From: Phoronis australis
Taxonomy: Eukaryota > Animalia > Phoronida
Direction of reading: 5' to 3'
Assembly (NCBI GenBank): GCA_002633005.1
Contig: NMRA01000122.1
Location: forward strand, 276,171 to 340,170
Length of the DNA: 64,000 bases
Of this stretch, positions 11,260-24,200 are shown in pieces. Both the position numbers and the translations under genes were made by a program. The notes under the pieces were generated by a model, which saw nothing but the letters and a program-made list of their open reading frames with translations, searched no databases and was not told the origin of the DNA. Every line of letters starts with the position of its first letter. Position 1 is the first letter of the stretch.

Positions 11260-14200
11260 TCACTAATTAATGTTATTAAAAGATGGCTAGGTCTCATCTA
11301 TTTCCGACTAAAATAATTGTCAGAATTCCCTTTTCATTTTTCAATGTATTTTAACACAATTTTTCAAAATATTGTCAGATGGTAGCTATGGTACACGACT
11401 TGAACGTGAAAAAGCAACAATTTGGTGCTACATATCTTTTGTGGAAAACTGAAGAAATAAAATTTCACCTGTCCGCCATCTTGTGTCCTGAATTGCTGAG
11501 ATTTTGTGGTAACCAGAAGAAACTCATTGTGGGGGCGAGCACAAAGGTACTCAAGAAAAGTTCATTTTACTGAAGTGACTACAAAAAGCACCCCCAGGGG
11601 GAGTCATTTAGGGAAAGTGGTGGAGCTCACTGGAAAGCTTGAGCTGTTGCCTGCAGTTCACTCGTTGAACCATGAGTTGTTTTAAAAGGTATGTGACGTT
11701 TTGCTTTCCCAGCAACATTACGAGTGATTGTCTTGAAACATTTCATCAATTTTTAAATGACCAACATGTTGCCATTGTGCACATACGACGAGCAAAATGA
11801 TCCATGATGGTCTTTTCCTGGGGGGACTTTCAGAAATCATATGGTGGTGTGCTGACGTGTTTACGGAAACTGCATGTTATAATCTACACAAAACTGACAC
11901 TGCAGGTTGTTATCCCAAGCCTAAATGAATTTCACTTCTCTTGGAACAACTTGAAAATATGAAATGCACTTGCATTTTTTAATGCAACTGCATACCATTT
12001 AATAATTAAGTGAGATATCAATAACGCATTTTATTTAACAAGATATCTTTATTTGACTGTATACTTAAAACATACTTTGTAAAATTCAGTGTTCACATGA
12101 AGTTTGGAATGTGATTACATGGTATAAATCTCCCTGGAATGCAACATGTAATGAAGCTGATAAGTCACAGTCATGAAGTCGAGCGCATTACAGTAACGTA
12201 ACTTGCATTTTCAGTGCAAGCAATACATTCACACTACATTTGCTTCCTTGATTCATTCCAGTCTTAAGCTGACTTGATAAACGGTGTGTGAAGGCTTAAC
12301 TATTCCCTGACAAAACCATTCTGCAAATCTGAATAATCATTTAAGGGGAAAACAAAATGTTCAGGTTTTACCTTTACTCCAAAACTCTTGGAGACGCTTT
12401 CAGCACCAAATGCTGTTGCACTGGTCTGGAGTGACAATAGTCCAGTTGTTAGCTGCCCAGCAAAGGTTTGCATCTGCAGTCACTTCTATTCAGTGAAACA
12501 CAATGACCACCACAGACTGTTTAACAGTGAGTCGGTCATCGTGTATGCTCAGTAGGCATCACACAAAGGCAAGACCCAAGTCTTCTGCACGGCTGTTTAC
12601 ATTACCTAACTTTTGTTGCATGCTTAGCCAATGAGCATTACAAATATCTCGTTTAATATAAACTCCCAACGACAAGAGTTTCCAGATATGAACCTAGTCT
12701 ATCCTTAATTGCTCCTACAGTTTATTGTTTGGTATCACAATTCACATGCCAATTATCAACCACTCTTTATTTCACCCAGCGTTTGTGTGACCGAGAAGCT
12801 ATTGCTAGCGTGGTCATTGATCTGCTCCAAACAGAATGAACTAGCAGATGATTGCTCATGATCTCGAGGGTTGATGGCATTGGCACTTTTGTATAAATCT
12901 ATTGACAACGTACAAGGTTCCATGAAAAGGGTAGACATCCTACTGCATCAGTGTAACAATACTTGAGATTAAAAAAACGAAAATTTGTGCTCACATCAAG
13001 GGTAACACCCGAACCGTTGGTACAATCACATGCATTTTAGATGCCTGAGATGAAGTAAACAAATTACAGGGGTATGTTTCTTGGAGTTCACTATGCCTTG
13101 TATGCATGAAATACACTTCAGAAGCGTACCTAGGTATTTCATGCAACAAGTAAAGTGTAAGATAAAGGTCAAAACCAAAATCTAATTCCATGATGTTGCA
13201 GCCACACAGGTAAGTTTCTGAGATCAAAGGGAATATTAAACAACACAAAGCCATAAGACTCACTAACTAACAATGACCGGTCGTAACGGATCACTCGCCA
13301 AACTAACCAATCAAACACCTGACCAAAACGGATCATGCGCGCAACAGATGCGTTTATGTGGTCACATTAAAAGTGATGCACAGATTTTTGAAATAACAGT
13401 AAAAGCAAATAATTTCTAATTGTCTCGGAAAAGAGTATACCAAATGTAAAACAGTGATATCAAAAAGGTGCCTCTAACAACACATCCCACAGCAATAAAT
13501 AGTTCCATCTAGAACAATACGCACCGACTGTTTATAGACAAGCCAATGATTTTCACATGGTTTCCTCTCAGCAACTAGTATATATATATATGTATCTTGC
13601 CTTAAGCCAATATTTGTGACTCCACGCCAGTGCTTGTGGCTCCAGCACTTGGCATCAGTGTCTGTGTGGAGCAGTAATTTGCATCTACTATACAATACCT
13701 TACCAATGTTCACACTGACACGCACACAGCTATACTGCACACAGCTATACAGCACACAACTAAACATCCTTCTTAAACACCTGCACTGTTTAACGCAACA
13801 ACTACAGTTACATTCTTGCTCCGAGGCAGGACTGAATCACGACTGTGCTCTGAATGTACAGAGCACCACCTTGCATACAATGGAATGTACGATACCCTGC
13901 AACATATTGCTTATACTCCCTGTTGCATAAGATAGTAAAACACGTCTTTTGGGCTTCACCATCACAAGTGCATAGTTCACATTGTATTATTTTGGGATTT
14001 TTCAAGAGATATAAGTGGCACTCAATTTGCAAAGATAACAAGCAGTTACCACATGCAGTGTAAGTAAATAGCAGAGTGTATTTAAATGATAAATTGACAT
14101 GACTTAATTTCAAAAATGACTGGCAGCCAACAGTGAGAATTGCCCATTTTTAATGAAATCACAAAAATAACATATTTTGTTTTACAGTTCTGGTCACAAG

Positions 14201-15072
14201 TTAATAAATTTGAGAAGTCTGTCTCGTCCAACAATAATCCTAAAATGCATTTTTCAGTCGTAAAGCCCGAGTATGTCCCTATAAATAGTCCTGGTTTTGG
14301 AATACTGGACATTCCCTGCTTGTGTTGACTATGAACATCAAGAGTAGAATGCGTTGGGTCACGTGCTTACAGGGGAGATGGATTGTGTGTTCTTCAGGTA
14401 AGTGGCTGCCTGTGCATCACATTCAACACAAGAGGTGCATTCTGTTGAGGCGAGAATCATGCCAAAAAGCAAGATCACGCAAGACTATGCAAAATCATGT
14501 GAGTGAAAGGCGGAGCTTCCTTGCATGCTCTAGCAAAATGGTGGCCACCGAAGAAATTGGCCAGTGACGTTGCAACTTTAAATTATTGGATAGAATTCAC
14601 TGTTTGTGATCCAAAAGCAAAGATTTGTTGTTGCTTTGCGAGTGCTTTGGATCTTGAACACAGCCCCATATGCTCGCACTGACTCTTTGACAAAGATTTC
14701 CAATTGCACAATGGCCTTGGTTTAAGAATCCAAGTGGTAATGTGACAACCACGCTTGTATCAGGTCAATGTGCACTTATGATGGTGAGCGCCACACATAG
14801 GCTCCAAAATACATTGATTAATACACTTAACTTCCTAATCAATATAAGAGACCTCTCATGAGAGAGCTGATGAAAGACAGGCTTGTTCATAACGCCAGCG
14901 CAAACTCTAAAAAAAAATTGATCTGAAAATTTTGTATCATACATCTACAAGCTTGCACCTTCTGTCTTTTGTAAAACATTTTTCAAATTATACTTTACAT
15001 GATTGATGACTTTACCCATGACAACACAACAAGGTTACACGATACACAGAGATTCATTTGGCAAAGTTATAG

Positions 15073-15255
15073 TCACCACTTAGACTTTAGCGAGTTCAGT
15101 CCAGTCTGTGTTATCGTGCCATGTGACTGCGTGTAGCTACCAAATGAAGCTTTTGGTGCACCAGAGGACGGATTGTTGCGTGCATTGTCATACTGTTTCC
15201 TGCCGAACGATGGCTTTGAGTGTTCTTTGGCAGAGGACGGCCGAACTGCTGGAGT
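15073..15255 (-). CDS. MAPK15: MAPK15 last coding exon
   Basis: [47 protein letters not shown], preceded by a pyrimidine tract + cag. Confidence 0.85.
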   Translation of the reverse strand, partial: TPAVRPSSAKEHSKPSFGRKQYDNARNNPSSGAPKASFGSYTQSHGTITQTGLNSLKSKW

Positions 15256-18200
15256 CTGATAATAAAAAGAAGTGAACATGACCTCTGGTAGACAAACATA
15301 GTTCAATGCATAGTCATAACAGGGTCTGGGTACAAATTCTGTAGTTAGGATGTTGAAATTGGGCTGCAATGCAAAGAGTAAAGACTAATTCTTAATATCT
15401 GACCCCATGTCTCAAGTTAAAATAAAAATATCACAACGACTGGTGTTGATCAGTTGTTTAACCATGGCTCAGTTCATAAGACTTCCATAATGTCTCACAG
15501 TAAACAATTTCAATCTAACCCAAATGACCAGGCTTTCCACATGAAGTAAACCCTTACATCATATAGTCTTTTACACAACCCTGTCATAAACTTTAGGAAA
15601 GGTATTTGATGGACAAAGCTATTTCTATGCTCTGCAACAGCAAATGTTGGTGAAATTTGTAAACAGTACACATTGAGAGCCCATGTGCATCTTCACTGTC
15701 CTGCAGAAGACTTGTCAAACATGGAAGGTTTAATGTGACTTTGATAACAACACTCAGACCAAAATGTTGCAAACCAGTGTACAGAGGATATAACTAACTA
15801 ACTACAGCTCACAAATTACCTTAGAACTTGCCTGCTTGCAAGGAAAATCAAGAGAAATGTCACATAGTAAACAAATAACAGATTGCAATTGAAATTTCAG
15901 CAAAATTTTAATTTCTATCATTTAATTAGTGTATATTTATCACTACCTCTTATATATAGTGCACTTATTCTACACTAGATTAGAATGTATCTGAAAGTTG
16001 CAAAAAGAAATAATTGAAGACGCAATAAAAAGGTCTGACTTTAGGAAAACAAAAATTGGTCCACGACATTATGCGTAACTGTACAATTTCAGTGAAAAAG
16101 ATCTTTTTTAAATAAGCAGTCATGAAATGTTCAAGGTCTTGAAACTGACAATGAAAAACATTGTGTGGCAAGTTGCAGTCAATATGAAATACAATGTCTG
16201 AGGTAAGATAAATCCCTCTTAAGAAACATTGTAAATACAGGGACTCTGCAGTTTACTTTGACAGAGCGTGAGAGCCACAAACAATTAGGAAAGCTTTGTT
16301 GGCATTAACTGGATGGTCTTTTTGCTCAATTGCCATCAAAACCTCAGATCTGGCGACCAACTGATTTATTGTCCACAAAGACAAGATATCACCAGCCAGC
16401 CAAACCGTGACAGCAATGTAGCATCTCTTTGCATTACTGACAGGTCAACAGGTCAACTACAGTCACATTTGTTGTGTAGTGTGCTCCTGTTTCCTCAAGA
16501 CCTCTAATTAATATATTTGAAATTCACACTTGTTATCAATACAGAACTTTTTTGCTCCAGGCAGGAGTCAGACAATGTTCCTCATTCCTACAAGTACTAA
16601 GAATACACTAAAAGCAATGAAGTGTGCATACCAATCTGGAGCTGCTCAGTCCAAAACCCTGGTCCCTCGTCACCTGTGGGTTACCCGCTTGTTTCGTCAC
16701 AGACGATGTACGACCATGTCGGCTAGCTACAGGCGCGGAGGTTTGACGGCGGGCGGGGGACGCACTCTGTGAGAAGCAAAAGGTTCCTGTGAAATTCTTT
16801 GTTCGGAGCAACCCCAATCGACAGAGGTGTGAGAATGAGACTAGGTTTTAAGCATAAATATCCAACTGAACCTTAGTTAAACTAATGCTATTTGTACTAG
16901 TTTCAACATAGTACCATTTTTGAACGGATGCAGAAAGAAATTATCTCAAGTTTCAACTATCTTATCAAACTTTCCTTGTCCAGCAAGTTTGAAATGTTTG
17001 TATTATATGAAACCTATCATCTACAAATCTGGCTTATGATTTGGACCACTTATGACTACGAAATTAGTTGCAACTTATTCCTTAATCAGTTCTTAACAAG
17101 ATACAGAATAGCTTCTAATTTGACCAACTTCATAATAATAAATGCTCTACATCTAAAGATTTTGCCGTGAAAGAAGGTGGACTTTAGCTGCTGCAATAAA
17201 ATGCAGTGTACATGTGACTTTGTATGTGGATTGTTCTCCCATTGTATTTTCTGGGTCAATTTCACAACTCATCAAAAATGATTTCTGACAAAATGCCTTT
17301 TTAAATCCCAAATACAGCAACTGGAGACTCGACATTCACAAGGTAGCACAAGTGAATATAGCTCCCTGCTTTATTATATCTGAATACCTTGAGGTCAAAA
17401 CACAGTTCACCAGCATGGAGGCACTTGCTGGCACAAGGCTCCAGTGAATGCCAGGTAGCACTGGTTGTTAAAGCAGTCCACCTAGTTCATTTCCAGTCAC
17501 CCATTAAAAAATTCAGCTGACCTTGACCTTGTAGACGACCCGTCCTACCTGGCTTGTGTCCATGTTCTCATAACTCCTCTGTTTCTGGAGGGGTCGAGGC
17601 TTGCCATTTATTTCCCTCCGTGGAGGCGCGTGTGTGGTGCGACCAAACGCGACCCCTGTTGGTAGCAAGGCAAACTGATGAACCAACAAAACAGAAATAA
17701 CTCAGACAGTAGAGAATATGCATGTTCACACGCTTACATTTCACAAGTGTCGTTAACTCTATTTCACCCAAAATGTAATTTTAGTGTAATGCATAGCATA
17801 ACAGTCGAACTTCTTATCGAAAGAGATACCAGTGACAAACTGTACAATAAATAAATTTGGTTACTGAAGTGGACAGTTAAGGCAAAGAATTAACAATAAA
17901 CTAGTATGCAAGAAAAACAAGACACTCATAAATATGTAGCATCACAGCAGTACATTTATCAGTCAGAAAACTTTACATAGCAAACGAGGTCGTCTCATTG
18001 AAAAATTACGTTCCTGAAAACCACTAATTGTTAGAATAAGTGAATCAGGTACTTTTCAGGACAAAACACAATACAATTTAATAACAAGGTATAGAATGTG
18101 CCACACCCACCATAGTTGACTGTCTGTTTATTGGCAGGTGACATGCCGTTCTCTTTAGCGTTGTTGTTATTGACAGGTGCCGGCTCTGCGGGGGGTGGAG

Positions 18201-21200
18201 CCATGGCTTCATCCTCCTCCCTACGCCTCCGTCTTCTGTCCGCCTTCTTTTCCATGATCATCTACAAAAAAAATTAACTTCTCAAACTCCATCACGGGAT
18301 TACTTCAGTTTTAAGGCACATTCTACAATACAAAGCCAACAGCCAACAGGTGTCAGTGACTATTAAACCTTAGAAAAAGTTCACCAACTTATCTTACCAT
18401 GCACTAACAAACACTTCCATTGTGTCCATTTTTCTGTTTCCTGCAACCCTTAAATAACGAAATACTCCGAATGTGCAGCCTTGTCTACTATTACTTATCA
18501 TTTGTTTCCATGTCTCTAAAAAACAGGAGACAGTATTACTATTATTATGTATTACCTCATATAATTTGTTCCTGTATTCTGCCACACTAAGCTGCAGGTC
18601 ATCGCTGATAGGTGGCACTATGCTATGATCTAGTGCCATTTCCTCTTCTGGATTATGAAACCTGCAATGACGAATGATTAAGCTACTAAAATAAAAAGTT
18701 CAAATATCAGAAATTCTATTGCCATTTACCACACACTTTGCATGCAAGGCAGTGTTGCACTACATTGAATATAACCTTCAAAAATGTTTAAATATGGCAA
18801 AGCATACCTTATTAAAATCTAATAGTCATTCTAAACACATACTAAAAGCAGCAACATAGCTAGACATTTGTAACAAGTAGGCCTGCACTCAAACTCTTTC
18901 ACTCAGAGTCAGTTGTACTTTATTTTAATTTATGTCATAATTTATGCATCATTAGCACTGAATTGAAACTGAAAGCATAGTTTGATCATAAGCAGGTAGC
19001 TTTAGAAAACCTTACTGGCACTACAATGTTCATCTCCTCTAAGTTACACAATGGTCACTCATAATGTTATTTCGGTGTTCCCCTGAAGCTGCCTTTTTGC
19101 ACCACTTGATGATAGTAAGGTAAAGAGATGCCGATTGAGTTTATGGTCCCCTACCTCGGACACAATTAAAGCTGTAAAAATCAAACTAGGGGAATGAAAA
19201 CCGTTCTTTTCATTTCATGATTATTTTGTCGTATTTTCCACTGAGTGTTTCCCACCACAGACCAGCTTCATGTCTTCAATAAACATTGAGCATCAGTAGT
19301 GCATCTGTTAGTATGATGGGTTCTCACAGACCCCAACAGAGATGGCCTTAAAAAGTTTGGAAGGTGGGTGCACTTGACCCTAATGTCTGGATGTGTAGAG
19401 TGAACACTGCATGTTGTCCAGGAAAATGCGCCAGAAAATCCTACAGGACAATTCAATATCAGGCTTCAGCAAGGGTTGTCTCACCTTGCCACATAGGGAT
19501 GTCTGAGTGCCTGTTCAGCAGTTAGTCGTTTGTCAGGATTGAAGTGTAGTAGTTGCTTCATTAAATCTAAGGCGTCGGGAGGGGCATCCGGAACTAGATC
19601 TTCCATTGGCTTACGTGGTCTGTAAACGAAACAGTCTAGGTAAGAACAGGTTCATCATGCAAAGAAATAATTTCAAATATAAAAAATGGTGTTTCTATGT
19701 TATGCTGCATTGTTTGCTAATTATCACAAACACCCATTGGCAGTTCAAAATAACCTCAAAATCTGTTTGGTTAAGGTGTATATTAATAAATTAGTAAAAA
19801 GAATTCAAAGAATTATTCTGCAACTCACAGCTTAAAACTCATAAGAGAAGCCAGACTAAGGGTTATGCTCAAATTATAATAAATAAAACCGATTGTAATC
19901 AGATGCTGTCACCGTGGCAACATACAATCATAATGATAAACCTATGATCATGAAAAGCTTGGCTGCCCCAACATAGTACTTGATCCCATGGTAACACTGA
20001 ATCTAGGCAGGTGCTTTACCAACTTGGCCCCCGACACATGAATATTCTTTTAGAAATTAAAATGCACAGTATTTTATCATAATGTGAATACGATTAGAAG
20101 TGCTGTCATTGATTGACTTAAACTAAAAATTTTGAAAAACTTGAAATTCAATTATCATGGTTAAAACTCATGCAATAGAGTGGATCTTCTGCCTAAATTG
20201 CAGAGTTACACGAGTTGGATATCCAAGACGGGACAACTGTTTTCCTCAAAATTGTCAAAAACAAAACTTGGCATGTAATGTAGTTGGAGGATCAGGTCAC
20301 ACACTAGAAATCACACTGCAAAGACATACCAAGAGTGAGTGAATGACTATACAGCACTCAGTACTATACAGTAAACTGTGACAAACACCGAGATAACTAG
20401 ACACTGTGTACATCTAGTGGTTGATACACACACTGCAACAACAGCGATAAGAAACACAGTCTGTGTCACACGCCCTTATTACACAACAGCTAACCAATCT
20501 GGATAACGTGTTAGGGTGTCCATTTTTGTTATTGTTTTTAATCCGAGTCTAGCTTATCTTGCACTAGCAGACATCACTACTCTGCGCGCTACAAAGCAGT
20601 AACACTGTGGACCATTTTTGATTGAACACTGGTTGTTAGCAATGGTTATGCTATGATGAACATTGGCACTCTTGATGCACCACTTCAAGCATGGAGAGAT
20701 CCTGATCTTATTAACAGTGCACTTAGATTAAACTGTTTGATGTAAAATTCATATCACGTAGAAAAATGTAGTGGGACACTGTCTTGTAGTTGATATGTTC
20801 CAGGAGGGTTTCTGACACTTTGGTTAGTCAGTTGTGCTCCCTGCTTTTGACCAACAATAACAGTCAAAAATGTCTTTTCGAGAAAGGAAGCAACCTGACA
20901 CCTAGTGTCGAAACATTTGTGTGTGTTTGGTTAAGAGATGGTAGAGATACATTAGAGCACCAGCATGTACCATGTTCATGCTTCAAAAGATATCTCTGCT
21001 TGATTTTTCCAGTAACTTAAGGTATATGGCATTGGTCAATAATAATTTGGCAGTATCAAGAATGAAATGAAATACTGAAACCCTTTGTAGACCATGTTCT
21101 AGTGTTAAAAACATCAATTTCCATACTTAAAGATTTTGCTCTTCCAACGCAACATCATTTTGTGCTTATCCTTTGTTTGAATTGAAATTGTAATAATAAA

Positions 21201-24200
21201 TCCCCTAGAATTCCTTTGACGGCAATACTGCTTTAGCGACTGAATCTAATCGGCATGACAAGCAACTTAATGGGTACGGAGTGAATTGATAATGAACCCT
21301 CAGTCTGGAAATCATTTCTAATCTAAGAAAAAACAATATGAGACTGATTACGCAATGGTAAGTGGCCTACATCAAATGTTTATCAAACGAGGGCACCAGT
21401 TTACTATCCAATCAACTTGTGTTTCTCATCAAAGACTAATGTCAAGAACAAGTGCCTGTGTCTATATTTTACAATGCACACAAACCACGAACACACATTC
21501 TAAGAAATTGTAAATAATGATATGAGAGAATAGATGTTAACAGGGTCACCAAAGCAAAATAAAGATGGCCAAGACAAGACAGAAACACGGTAAAAATATT
21601 GAAAACAATAAATACGTGTGTCCACTTGACTCTCTACAAAGGGAAAAGAAATAAACTAAATGTGTTTAAATATTCATTAAAGAAAATAAGAAAATCAAGA
21701 GTCTATCATCTTGTCAAATAATACAATAAACTTTCCTCAATTTAAAACCTAACAGAGTAGAAAAATGAAATTTTAAGTAGATAATTTGCTAAATCAAACA
21801 ATGTTACAAGTGCTATGCGCCGCATTGAAACGTGCCCACAACTGCACCGCAAATGCTAAGTTTCAGGAGGCATTTGTTAACATCTCCCTAATATAAACCT
21901 AGAAGCTAAATTTCCTAAGAATCCATCCGTTAACCCTAAAGATACAGAGGCCAATGAAAAAAATAGAATTGCCACTAGGAGGCACAGCAGAGCCATATGA
22001 AAGAAGTTGTCATCTGTTGCCACGCTCTTAGGAATACACTTGGCTAATTTCACAAAGATCCTACAAGGAGGTTTAGGAGATACAGCTGCGCACACAAAAA
22101 AATGACACTACTGAGTGCCACAATAGTCAGACTGAAAATTAAAAATATGTTGTTATCTCTTCAATATAAACCCATTTGCAAAATTTCATGAAAATTTGTC
22201 AAGGAACTTTGAAGATACAATGGTAAACATAAAGAAACTGAAATTATCCCTAGGGGGCACAGTGGTAGTCAGATCCATCAGGAAGTCGCTGACATTCATT
22301 GTCATATTCGATGCAAAACACTTTCTAAATTTCACAAAGATCTTCTAAGCAGTTAAGGAGATACAGCCACAGACGCAAATGGTCATTAGGAGGTGCCATC
22401 TGAAAATCAATGTCAGACATTGTCTTCTTGGCAGGAACACATCTGCCAGTTTTCATAACTATCCTTTAAGCTGTTTTGAAGCTAGAAAGGCGGACACAAC
22501 AATGGACTCAAAAATGATAAAACTGGCCACCAGGTGGTGCATAATACATCCAATCTATCTGAAAATTGGAACTGGATGTCATTTCCTTAAATAGAAAGCC
22601 ATCCATCAAATTTCATGAAAATCCATCAAGGAACTCCAAAGATATAAAAACAAATTAACATAGTAAAATACAAGAGCAACACGGGGCATTGAAATATGGC
22701 CATGACAGCACCGCAAACGGTAGGCTTCTGGGAGTGTTTATAAAAATGGACATCAGTTAGCAGAGAATACATCAAACTTGCCCAAAGATGGGAAGGCATC
22801 GTCATCTCTCTAATAGAAAACTATTGGCTAAATTTCATGAAAAACCGTCAAGGAACTCCAAAGGTACAGAAGCAAAATGTGAAAAAATTGTCATAAGGTC
22901 AAATCCCAAAAATGGAAAGGTGGTGTGGTCTTCACAACAGAAACTTATTTGTCAAACTTCATCTCCTTAAGGTTATGCAGGACCCTCGAAAGCCAAATTT
23001 GGCAAACTACGGAACATCACATCTCATAAATGGCTGATCAGATTCATATGAAACTTTCAGATACCATGCTTTATGCTGTTAGGATTTTTTTAAATTTTCC
23101 ACTTTTGCAAGAGAGCTATCAAAAAACAGAAATTTTAATGCAAAAGCTTATGAAATGATAACGAAATTACAAATTAGAATTAGTAACAGTGTTTATGAGA
23201 TTTTATATTGAACGCTTATATCAAACAAAATGTGACCCAATTAATGGCAGATTGGTATACATTCAAAAATTAAATTTTACAGGCTTTCTATTTTCAGAAA
23301 ATAGATACTTTTACTGAGTCAAAATCTATAGTTTTGTAGATATCTGACGAAATACGCCGACAAGTAAATAAAGTCCTACATAATCTTAACAGAATCCTCA
23401 AAAACAATTGGTGACCAATTTCATGACTATAACTAGTCTACATCAAAGGTTGGTTTTCATGATGGAAGGTGGGTTTATGAACCGTTTAAACAACTGCATC
23501 ATACTGTGGTACATACTTAAGTGTGGTGCTTACTTAAGTGTGTTACTTACTTTAGTGTGTTACTTACTTAAGTGTATTACTTACTTAAGTGTGTTACTTA
23601 CTTAAGTGTGTTACTTACTTAAGTGTGTTGCTTACTTAAGTGTGTTACTTACTTAAGTGTGTTACTTACTTAAGTGTGTTACTTACTTAAGTGTGTTACT
23701 TACTTAAGTGCTGTCTTCTCTAATACTGATTGTCCGTAGGAGGAGTTTATACTTTCGATGTCTACAAGAGGAACAATTATTCTATAAGATGGGAGTTGAA
23801 CATAACAGGTCAGTCATGAGCAAGTATTAGTAAACAATATGGATATCATCGACATAACGAGTACATGCTATTACCAGGGCTTGGAATGACCAATGGCGAA
23901 AAACGCGGAAATTTTTACGGCCCGAAACATGCGCAGCCAGACTTGAAAAAGTCGGTGTGGACCTTTTGTCGACCAAAATCGAAGGACTAAAAAAATTTTA
24001 AAAAACCGTACCACCTCCGGAAGCGTGCGTCTGTGTCTGTCTTAGCTCGTCTGCCACTCCCACCTCCAAGCATTTTTTGGCTGCAGAGTCGTAGTATTTG
24101 TCATTGCGGTTTACAATCACACGAGCCGCCATTGAGGAAATCCACCATGCTATCCCAGATGCCCCGGCAATGTTGACAATTTACGTTCCTCCGAAACATA

